Below are positions 27,415 to 36,800 of a stretch of 64,000 bases of DNA, in pieces. The stretch covers positions 11,420 through 75,419 of the forward strand of contig CAMJXE010000004.1 of the NCBI GenBank assembly GCA_946409645.1, given 5' to 3'. A program made the translations under genes and the position numbers. The notes under the pieces are model-generated. The model was given only the letters and a program-made list of their open reading frames with translations. It searched no databases and was not told where the DNA came from. This stretch comes from an uncultured Bacteroidales bacterium. GTDB taxonomy: Bacteria; Bacteroidota; Bacteroidia; Bacteroidales; WCHB1-69. The number at the start of each line of letters is the position of its first letter. The stretch's first letter is position 1.

Positions 27415-27465
27415 CTTCAATAACCCATAACCTATAACCCATAACCATTAAAATTGTATCTTTGC
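27415..27465 (+). repeat. 51-bp direct repeat with -7 promoter box, copy 2
   Basis: 49/51 identical to 25402-25452; upstream of the GT4 gene. Confidence 0.92.
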
Positions 27466-27510
27466 CGTCCGAACAGAACGTCCGGCATTTTAAGTCGTAA
27501 TATTGTCGAA

Positions 27511-28677
27511 ATGAAGATATTAGTGGTCCTTTCCCGCATCCCCTTCCCGTTGGAGAAGGGCGACAAGCTGAGAGCTTACTACCAGATCAAGGAGCTGTCG
27601 AAATGGCATGACCTCTATCTGGTGGCGCTCTACAACCATAACGTGCCGGCAGAAGCGATGCGCGAACTGGCCCCGTATTGTCGCGAGGTGCACTTCTTGA
27701 AGCAGCACCCTGTCCGCAGTGCCTTCAACATGGCCGGTGCCCTGTTGACTGGCTTGCCGGTGCAGTGCGGCTATTTCTACAGCCAACGCAACCACAAGCG
27801 GATCGACAAGATCATCCAGGAGGTGCAACCCGACCGGATCTACTGCCAACTCTTCCGTATGGCGGAGTACGTGCGTCACTGCAGAATCCCGAAAGTACTT
27901 GACTATCAAGATGCTTTCTCCAAAGGGATGGAGCGTCGGGCGCAGAAAGCCTTCCCTCTTTTCCGCCCCGTCATGCGCATGGAGGCACGCCGCATCGCTC
28001 GCTACGAGACCGATATCTTCGATGATTTCGAAGGCAAGACTATGATTACAGCTTTGGATCGTGATTATATACAACATCCTATGCATAAGGAGATTGTGGT
28101 AATTCCCAATGGGGTCGATTTCGAAAAGTTCAGTCACCCTGAGGTGCCGAAAACCCACGACCTTATCTTTTCGGGCAACATGAACTATCCACCAAACGTG
28201 GATGCTGCCGTCTATTTAGCCAAGGAAATATTCCCCGAGTTGCAAAAGCGCCATCCGCAGCTAAAACTGATGATTGCCGGTGCGGATCCTGCGGCTAAAG
28301 TTCGCGCCCTTCGGAACGAACACATCACTGTCACCGGTTGGGTGCCCTCCATGACCGACTGTTACGCGCAATCGCGCATTTTCGTCGCCCCAATGCGATT
28401 AGGAACAGGCCTGCAGAACAAGCTGTTGGAGGCCATGTCCATGCGTCTGCCCTGTGTCACCTCCCCTTTGGCGTCCAAACCTTTGGATCCCGCTGCAAAA
28501 GAGGGTGCTGTTGCCGTATGCAACACCACCCTGCAATACGTTGATACTATAGACCGGCTGCTCTCAGACTCGGTATATTATCAAAAAGTTGCAGAAAAAG
28601 GATATTCCTTTGTCCTTGAACATTACGATTGGACGAACGCAACACTCAAATTGTCAGAACTGCTAAAAAAGTCCTAA
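27511..28677 (+). CDS. Glycosyltransferase family 4
   Basis: PFPLEKGDKLR, VIPNGVD, FSGNMNYPPNVDA, GTGLQNKLLEAM. Confidence 0.9.
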   Translation: MKILVVLSRIPFPLEKGDKLRAYYQIKELSKWHDLYLVALYNHNVPAEAMRELAPYCREVHFLKQHPVRSAFNMAGALLTGLPVQCGYFYSQRNHKRIDKIIQEVQPDRIYCQLFRMAEYVRHCRIPKVLDYQDAFSKGMERRAQKAFPLFRPVMRMEARRIARYETDIFDDFEGKTMITALDRDYIQHPMHKEIVVIPNGVDFEKFSHPEVPKTHDLIFSGNMNYPPNVDAAVYLAKEIFPELQKRHPQLKLMIAGADPAAKVRALRNEHITVTGWVPSMTDCYAQSRIFVAPMRLGTGLQNKLLEAMSMRLPCVTSPLASKPLDPAAKEGAVAVCNTTLQYVDTIDRLLSDSVYYQKVAEKGYSFVLEHYDWTNATLKLSELLKKS

Positions 28678-28726
28678 AAAAATGGATAAAGGAAAAACCA
28701 TTATCCACTTTTATATCAACTAAAAA

Positions 28727-29977
28727 CTATTTATTTTTCTCAATCTTATAGCCAACTGTGGCGAAGAAGAAGATGTACGCGTAACTGACGAACAACAGGG
28801 CGTAGGCAGCGTGGCGGTTCACCGCGTCTGCGATATGGCCGTAAACCAGCGGCATTATGGCGCCGCCTACGATGGCCATCACCATCAGGGCAGAGGCGAA
28901 CTCGGTGTGGTTACCCAAATCGCGGATGGCCAGCGGCCAAATGGCCGGCCACATGATGGCATGTGCAAAGCTCAGACAGATAATCGCGATGATGGAAACG
29001 ATACCGGAGGTCATCAATGCCACCGTAACCAAAACGACAGAAAGCAGCAATTGTATGATCAGCGCGTGGCGTTGAGAAATCACTTTGGGGACAAACAGGA
29101 TTCCGCATATATAGCCCACCAGCAGCGCAATGAGCGCGTAAACTCCGAAATAGTGCGAAACCGATGTAGGGATGCCGTAATAATCGCCGTAAGGAATCAG
29201 CGTGTCGATGGCGATGACTTCCGCGCCGACGTAGAAGAAGATAGCCAGGACACCGAGCCACATATACGGATAATTGAAAATGCTGGTTTTATGGCCGTCA
29301 ACGGTTTTCTCCTCTTCGATGATTTCGGGAAGATGCGCTGTTTTGATGAAGAGCACCAACGCGATCAGCACGGCGGTCATGATGAGATAAGGGACAATCA
29401 CGCCGTTGGAAAGCTGTTGCAGCATAGCCTCTTTTTCAGGACCGGCAGGCGCCTTCTTGATATTCTCAATCAACTGCTCTTTGCCGGCAAACAGGGCGTT
29501 GTAGAGAATCAGGATGCCGATCATTCCGGCCACTTTGTTGCAAATGCCCATGACACTCATACGTCTTGCCGCCGATTCAATCGGACCGATGACCGTGACG
29601 AACGGGTTGCTGGCGGTCTGCAACAGCGACAAACCGCTGCCCTGCAGGAACAAACCGAGCAGGAATATCGGATAGCTGCGCATCTTCGCACCAGGAATGA
29701 ACATCATGCAACCGATGGCCATGATGACCAAACCTAAGGCCATACCGTTGCCGTAGCCTGTCTTCTTCAACACGAAAGAGGAGGGAATCGACATCACAAA
29801 ATAGGCGATGTAGAAGGCGAACGTGACAAAATAGCCCTGCACTTCTGTTGTCAATTCGCAAGAAGTGCGCATATAGGGAATCAAAATGTTATTGAGCCAT
29901 GTCACGAAACCGAATACGAAAAACAACGATCCGATGACGAACATGCTGTACGCCGTACTTTTCTTTTTATCTTCCAT
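28727..29977 (-). CDS. MFS glucose/galactose (FucP/GluP-type) transporter
   Basis: FFVFGFVTWLN, LQTASNPFV, FFYVGAE, MAIVGGA. Confidence 0.92.
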   Translation of the reverse strand: MEDKKKSTAYSMFVIGSLFFVFGFVTWLNNILIPYMRTSCELTTEVQGYFVTFAFYIAYFVMSIPSSFVLKKTGYGNGMALGLVIMAIGCMMFIPGAKMRSYPIFLLGLFLQGSGLSLLQTASNPFVTVIGPIESAARRMSVMGICNKVAGMIGILILYNALFAGKEQLIENIKKAPAGPEKEAMLQQLSNGVIVPYLIMTAVLIALVLFIKTAHLPEIIEEEKTVDGHKTSIFNYPYMWLGVLAIFFYVGAEVIAIDTLIPYGDYYGIPTSVSHYFGVYALIALLVGYICGILFVPKVISQRHALIIQLLLSVVLVTVALMTSGIVSIIAIICLSFAHAIMWPAIWPLAIRDLGNHTEFASALMVMAIVGGAIMPLVYGHIADAVNRHAAYALLFVSYAYIFFFATVGYKIEKNK

Positions 29978-29989
29978 AATGACAGGTAC

Positions 29990-30613
29990 TTACTTGATTA
30001 ATTTCATCAGTTCCTCCTTTTTGGCGTCATATTCCTCTTGGGTGATAATCTGGAGGTCTAATTTCTCTTTCCACTTTTTCAACTCCTGCAAAGCGGCTTC
30101 GGAGGCTGCCTCTTCCTGACTGGCTTTGACGACAATCTCCTTTGTGGCGATGGCCTCCTCAAAATTGGTGCAAGCCAGACCGCCACGGTTCAGCACGAGA
30201 TAAATTTTGCAACCGGATGTCATTTTGTTGAAACCGTCAACAGGCAGACATTGGATTTTCTTGATGGTGGCCACACCACCGGCGCGGTTTTCCACACGCT
30301 CAGCAGCCTCCCGGTCAGCACGGCGGTCTGCGGACGATGCATTTTCATTTTCCGCAAACGCATTCACCCAACTGCCCGTGACATCCTTAAAATAGAGATA
30401 ATACTTGCCATTGGTAGGATAACCGTAGGTGATGGTGGAACCGATGGTATAGGTGACGCCATCGGAAGCCACGTATGCCGTGATATTGTCTCCGGCTTTT
30501 TTGCCAGTCAGTTCCTTGGCCGACTTCTGTTCCTGAATGTCTTGATAAGTTACGGTTTGCGCATTGGCAAACAGGCATAAACCTACAAAAAAAAAGGTAA
30601 AAATCTTTTTCAT
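29990..30613 (-). CDS. Secreted protein with C-terminal SHOCT domain
   Basis: Signal peptide MKKIFTFFFVGLCLFANAQ; LKKWKEKLDLQIITQEEYDAKKEELM. Confidence 0.85.
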   Translation of the reverse strand: MKKIFTFFFVGLCLFANAQTVTYQDIQEQKSAKELTGKKAGDNITAYVASDGVTYTIGSTITYGYPTNGKYYLYFKDVTGSWVNAFAENENASSADRRADREAAERVENRAGGVATIKKIQCLPVDGFNKMTSGCKIYLVLNRGGLACTNFEEAIATKEIVVKASQEEAASEAALQELKKWKEKLDLQIITQEEYDAKKEELMKLIK

Positions 30614-30896
30614 AACTTGGAATCTTCCATTATTTATTGCTTTTCGCTGCTGCCAATTTCGGTGCAAAGTCCGTTAAACATCAAGCTTGGCAAACAGCGC
30701 GGCAAAAATAAAAATAATTTCCATTGACAGGATGCAAAAAATCCGACATGACGACACCACCGATATCAGGGAAAAAATTGTGTAAATTTGCAGGGTTGTT
30801 TGCCTATCTTGTTGCTGAACGGATTTCACACCAAAATCGGCGACAAAGTGAAGAAGTAAAACTAATTAAATTATCGATGATCAAAAATATAGAACA

Positions 30897-31109
30897 ATGA
30901 AAAAAATGAAGTTATGGGCGCTTGTCGCCACCATCATCTTAAGCGTCGCGACCCTCACCGGCTGCAAGAAGGACAATTCAAATAACAACCAGTGGGGCGC
31001 TGAAACGCTCACCATCAAGGTGAAAAATTCCTCTGTTGAGTTGATTATGAAAAAAGTGGAAGGTGGGGATTACTCAATGAAGTATATGTACGAAAACCAA
31101 GATAAGTAA
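30897..31109 (+). pseudogene. Truncated lipoprotein, probably the start of an FGE-sulfatase/SUMF1 domain
   Basis: Lipobox LTGC; ETLTIKV...LIMKKVEGGDYSM resembles the SUMF1 start, then a stop after 70 aa. Confidence 0.5.
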
Positions 31110-31146
31110 TAAACGACGACCTGTTTCCTGGCCAAATATTATCACG

Positions 31147-31581
31147 ATGAGTAGGAGCAATCTGGCGCGACGAATCACTTGGCATGTTATCGTAATCATG
31201 TCGCTCTTCAATGTACTGATCATTGGAGCCATACTCGTGTTTGTTTTTAGAGTATCTCTCGTGAACAGCGACATGCGCGGACAATATGTCGTCGATGGCA
31301 TAGAAGGAAAGATAGAGTCAACGCTATGGGCCGTGCATGTCGGAGCTGCCAACAGCCGTGACGAGATAGAGAGAAACTTGGAAAGCCCAGAACAAGTCTT
31401 TGATGCCTTGGAACGCGAAATTACCGTGAACCGATTCATGGGTTGCTTTGCCGCCTTCGAACCTGACTACTTCAAAGGTCAGGGTCGCTGGTTTGAAGCC
31501 TACATTTATCATACCGACAGTACTCGTCTTAAACGCCAGCAGATAGGCTCGCCAAGCCACGACTACTTTGAATTTATCTAA
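31147..31581 (+). pseudogene. N-terminal fragment of a Cache-domain sensor (SpoIIE/PP2C or kinase type)
   Basis: One TM helix, then GCFAAFEPDYF..GRWFEAY...QIGSPSHDYF; stops inside the sensor domain. Confidence 0.6.
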
Positions 31582-31711
31582 ATCTGTATAAAAATGGGCG
31601 CAGATTCATTTGTCTTTATGCGTAAAATCAGCTGACGAACCTCTTCATACAAACCGCCAAAATCATTATCGTCAACATTATTTATTCATTAACCCCTCTG
31701 CAATAAAAACA

Positions 31712-32053
31712 ATGACCGAAACGAAAATATACGTAGGGATGAACGATGCCGCAAGCAAGCAGCAAGAATATAACACGGAAATGTATATCAAAGTCATGAA
31801 GTACGTGTGCCAAAGTCACCGTGTCTCATTCTCGTTTGTCATCACAGAAGGCGGATTTTTCCACGAAAATGGCGACTATACACAGGAACAGACCCTCGTC
31901 CTGTCACTGATTGATGCTAAGAAGCATGTAGCAGAAGACATTGCGAGAGATCTCTGCGCCTTTTTCCATCAGGAAAGTGTTATGATAACGGAAAGTATGG
32001 TCAGGGCATATTTTGTCCAGGAAAATCTTAAGCCAAATAACAAACAACAGTGA
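31712..32053 (+). CDS. DUF3574-like small protein
   Basis: KIYVGMND...EGGFFHENG...I...L...FHQESVMI. Confidence 0.6.
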   Translation: MTETKIYVGMNDAASKQQEYNTEMYIKVMKYVCQSHRVSFSFVITEGGFFHENGDYTQEQTLVLSLIDAKKHVAEDIARDLCAFFHQESVMITESMVRAYFVQENLKPNNKQQ

Positions 32054-32390
32054 TGAAAAAAACGGAATTATCCGTTTGAGTTATACGGAAAAAATTTATT
32101 TTTGCCGCATCTTTATAATGTGTTTTACATGAGGTAAAGATATGATTATTCTCCACATATTTAGGGTTGACGAACGCCAGTGCAATCTCGCTGTGCAAAC
32201 GTAATTGAAGAAAAAACGCTTGCCCGTGTTCCTATTTTTTCTATTGATGCGAAAAAACATTCAATACGGGAATACAGTGGGTAAAACCTTTAAATAATAG
32301 AATTGAAAGAGATTAAGGTTCGCTTGTAATACCTGAAGTGGATGCGTTTTGAATAAACAAGTTAAAAAATAAATAATAATTTTTTTCATT

Positions 32391-33752
32391 ATGGTACATG
32401 ATTTATACATTTTGATGATTACGGCTGGTGTGGTCAGTCTTTTGTTTAAATTATTGAAACAGCCAGTAGTGCTGGGTTATATCGTTGCCGGTGTTTTGGT
32501 AGGCCCATATCTATTCGGCGAAACCTTTGTGAATGCAGAGAATGTAGAGGCATGGGGTAATATCGGTGTGCTGTTCGTGTTGTTCTGCATCGGTTTGGAG
32601 TTCCGTCTCAAGAACCTCATCAGCAGTGGCAAAGTGGCGGCAATAGGCGCACTTACCATCATCCTGGGCATGATGGTCTTGGGCTTCGGCGTGGGACAGT
32701 ATGCCGAATTGGACATGATCAACTCCCTCTTTCTGGCAGGTATGCTCTGCATGTCAAGTACGACTATCGTAATGAAGGCAATCGATGAAGCAGGCCTGAC
32801 CAAGGAGCGTTTTGTCAAGGGTGCGACGAGCATTCTTATCGTGGAGGATGTGGTAGCGGTAGTACTGATGGTATTGCTCTCCAGCATAGCTATCAAGCAT
32901 CAGTTTGAAGGTGCCGAACTGCTTAGAAAAGTGGGCGTTTTGGCAATCACACTCGCTGGATGGTTCATCTGCGGAATACTGATTATCCCGACACTACTGC
33001 GCAAAGTCAGACCCTATCTGAATGACGAGACACTTATCATCCTCGCCTTGGGTCTGTGCTTAGGCATGGTGCTGACGGCAGAGGAAGCAGGGTTTAGCAG
33101 TGCACTCGGCGCTTTTGTTATGGGTTCTATCCTTGCCGAGACGGTGGAGTCGCATCGTATCGAAAAGCTGATGACACCGCTGAAGAATGTCTTTGCCGCT
33201 ATTTTCTTCGTCTCTGTGGGCATGCTGATCAACCCGACCTCGTTGGCGGAATATTGGTCAAGTATCCTGTTAGTATGCGTGGTGATTATCATCGGCATGA
33301 TTCTCTTTGGCACTTTGGGCTGCTGGTGGGGTGGCGAAACGATGCGCGACGCAATGTTAACCAGCTTCTCGTTCGTGCAAATAGGCGAGTTTTCGTTCAT
33401 CATCGCTTCTTTGGGCACCAGCTTAGGCGTTCTTCACCCAGCTATCTATCCTATCATCGTGGCATCCAGTGTGGTCACCACCTTCCTCACCCCCTATATC
33501 ATGAAAGCAACTGTGCCATGCTATAATTTCTTCTACAACCACGCATCAGCGAAATTGCGCGCCAAAATCGACCAACGTGAACAGCTGGTGGCAGAAGCAG
33601 AGACAGTTACCCAATCCGAAGAGTCACATGCTTTGGCAGACAAGGCACGCCATGCCGTCCGGAACACCTTCCTCACAAAGCGTCTCGTCGAATTGTTTAT
33701 CAAGAATATGAGCGCTAAAGACGAAAACAAATCTGAAACAAACGATAACTAA
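32391..33752 (+). CDS. Cation:proton antiporter (CPA2 family)
   Basis: KQPVVLGYIVAG, FCIGLEF, MSSTTIV, IVEDV, FFVSVGM, QIGEFSFII. Confidence 0.92.
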   Translation: MVHDLYILMITAGVVSLLFKLLKQPVVLGYIVAGVLVGPYLFGETFVNAENVEAWGNIGVLFVLFCIGLEFRLKNLISSGKVAAIGALTIILGMMVLGFGVGQYAELDMINSLFLAGMLCMSSTTIVMKAIDEAGLTKERFVKGATSILIVEDVVAVVLMVLLSSIAIKHQFEGAELLRKVGVLAITLAGWFICGILIIPTLLRKVRPYLNDETLIILALGLCLGMVLTAEEAGFSSALGAFVMGSILAETVESHRIEKLMTPLKNVFAAIFFVSVGMLINPTSLAEYWSSILLVCVVIIIGMILFGTLGCWWGGETMRDAMLTSFSFVQIGEFSFIIASLGTSLGVLHPAIYPIIVASSVVTTFLTPYIMKATVPCYNFFYNHASAKLRAKIDQREQLVAEAETVTQSEESHALADKARHAVRNTFLTKRLVELFIKNMSAKDENKSETNDN

Positions 33753-33804
33753 ACCCCAAGACTTCTTGTTTCCTGAATCAAACAATAAAGGAGAAAAATA
33801 AGGC

Positions 33805-36800
33805 GTGAGCAAAAAAAGTCTGCTCTGGAAAATACCATGCATCCTTTTAGGTGTCATCATGGGAATGGTACTGTTACTGTTGATTACCGTAACGGTTATT
33901 CTGGTGTCGCCCAAAGCCCGCACGGCTGTCCTGCAGAAATGCGTGACAGAAATCAATGAGCTGACCGACCTGGATGTGGATCTGGGACGACTCTACCTTT
34001 CCCCTTTCCATCATTCTCCAATGATTCTCTATCGCGCCTACAAGGGCGTGGAAGAATTGCCAATACACATTGAAATAGATAGTCTCTATATAGGTCATCG
34101 CGGTCAGGACACGCTGATTTATGTGCATGGTTTGCGTTTGCAAGGTTGTATGAAGAAACCGGGGACTGGGGTGCCGAAAGACGATTTTCTGGCCCGTACT
34201 ATCGTGGTTGACCAACTGCTGTTGGACCAAACAACGCTCCATTCCGACACTTTGATAGAAGCGGTAGGCATCGACGCTATCGTTAAACATCTGCATGTAA
34301 AGAGTCCGGGGCTCAACATCGCCAAAGGAGACTACCCGCTGCACGGCTTGAAGCTTGCAGATGCGTTTGTGGGCATTGCGCTGCGCGACACCGAGAGCGA
34401 CACCGATGACACCACCTCTACCCCAATGGCCTTTGAAATACCCGATGGCGAGTTGAGCAATGTGCGCTTCGTGCTCAATCCGAGAGGGCTGGATTTACGT
34501 GCCGGCTCTTTAACCACAAACGTGTTGGCGGATGTAGGAGGCGACCTCTACGATGTACGCCGCCTGAATATCGGGAATGCTTCGCTCACACTCGGAACAC
34601 TGCACCTGCCTTTTGATACCATCTATGGAGATGCGTTGGTGGATCTGAACACCGATCTGATTAACTCAAACCAATTACATGTCCGTTCCGACTCGTTTGG
34701 GGCTAAAGCGGATCTAATGGCCACTACACTGAATATGGAGACGATGCGGGTGGATCTGGTAGGCAATGCCGATTATCAAGGCAATAGGGCTACTTTGAGT
34801 GGATTCTATGATATCGATGATGAGATATATGATTTGCTGGTGAATGTTGAGCAAGTGAACCTGAGCCCGTTCCTCAAAGACAGTACCCACGTGGAATTGG
34901 CAGGCGAAATACATGCTCAGGGCAAAGGAATTGACCCTCATTCTCCCGCGATGAAATGCAAAGTGGCTATGAACCTGCCCCATTGCGTCTATAATCAAAT
35001 CAATGTTTCTGGTCTCATTCTTGATGCCGAACTGGCTGACAAAACAGTGGCCGGAAATCTGCATTTGCCGGTTAACATGACGGATCGTGACCTGAAACTG
35101 ACGGCAGAGACGAAACATCGGTTCCGTATATCAGACTTTTTTTCAGTCGATCGGATAAACGTGGACTACCATTCGCAGATGAAAAATGTGATAGCAAAAG
35201 TGGCGGGCGAAAACTATGACATCGACTATCTGGATCTTGACTTCACTACAGATAGCACCACATCGTTGAATCTGGCTACTCAGGGACTCTCCATCGAAGC
35301 ACAAAGCCCGATGCATCTGCTCCGGTTGGTGGACGTTGTTCAACCATTGCTGGGACTTGTCTCCGACACAACGTTCATCAAATCCATCACCTCGCTGCAG
35401 GATTTGACGATGCTGGACACCCTCCATCGACTTATACCGGACTTAAAGGCGGATATAGTGTTGGAGCAAGGCAGTCCTATCCAGGCCATTATCGAACGGA
35501 ATGGATTGAACATAAACGAGTTGAACATGTCGCTAACGTCTGATTCCCTCCTGTCGGAACTGATATTGGATGCTTCCATCCCATACATTGACCATTCGGA
35601 CAACGACAGTGCGGGGTTGCACTTACCTGCTGCGGCCGCGGCAATGAAGGTAAGCATGACGGAAGGCAAGACCACTGTCTCGCTCAACGCCAACACCAGC
35701 ATCACCGATGGTGTGATGAATGTGAACGGGCTCTGCACTGATGCTGCGTTGCAACTCTATTTGGAACGAAACGGACGCGATCTGAACGGGACGGGACATC
35801 TTGCCCTGGACAGTCTTTTTTACGACGAAATGGACCTTGGAAACCGGACGGCCGACATTTGGATTGCGCCATCGAAACTGTATGAGAATGCCATCCGGGC
35901 AGATTTGCGGTTGGACGATATCCCGCTTGAGCTGGTGAATAACATCCTTAATATGGAAGACATCGATTTGGATGGCATCGTTCAAGCTAAGGCTAGCGCA
36001 GACGGTTTGCCTGCACAAGTGGACCTCTCTGCCGAAGTGCGACCGTTGGATGTGACGGCTCTCTACAAACCTTACGATGTGAGGTTTAATCTGGGGGAAA
36101 CGCCTATCATGATGGAACATAACAATGTGAAGCTCAAAGATGTACACATCTATAGCGCCGATGGCTCCTATCTGTCGCTGAACGGCGGCTTGGATCTCAA
36201 CACCATGCTCCTGGATGTAGATCTGGCTGCCGACAATTTCGCCCCGGTGAAACTGGAACAGAATGGTGCTTTCCCTGTCTATGGCGACTTGGCAACCGAT
36301 GTCCGCGGAAAAGTGAGTGGACCGCTGGACAGTATCCATGCCGACGTAGATGTCACGATTCTGCCCACTACAGATCTCACCTATCCGATTGATGAGAAGA
36401 ATTTGGCACAATTCAAACCGTACGGTACAGTCAACCTACAATACAACACCACTGGAGGGGCGCTTAAATATGGCGGTACAATTCATGTGGACGAAGGATT
36501 GGTTCGTTTTTCGCCCAAGCTATATCCCATGATACCCTTCCATGTGGATTCGGGAAGCACTGTCACCCTCAACGGTCCATTAGGCCAAACTATACTGAAC
36601 CTCTCTGCTTCGCAACAGGTGAAAGCAGACGTGCAATCGGCGGGCGAAGAAACACGCCGTGTGACTTTCAACACGGGCGTGCGCGTAAAGGGCATACTCG
36701 ATTCGGTAGGACTTACCGCCATCGGTTTCTTCCTCGAAGCGCCTGATGACGAAATCATCACGCGCGAACTCGCCTCCATGGATGAGGATACTCGCGAAGG

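Noticed and set aside
30897-31109. Diversity-generating retroelement target (SUMF1/CLec fold)
   Set aside because: Only the start of the domain is present, and no reverse transcriptase or template repeat is in the window.
32142-32204. 20-codon ORF (MIILHIFRVDERQCNLAVQT) upstream of the CPA2 gene, considered as a leader peptide or riboswitch region
   Set aside because: No attenuator structure or known aptamer consensus was recognised.
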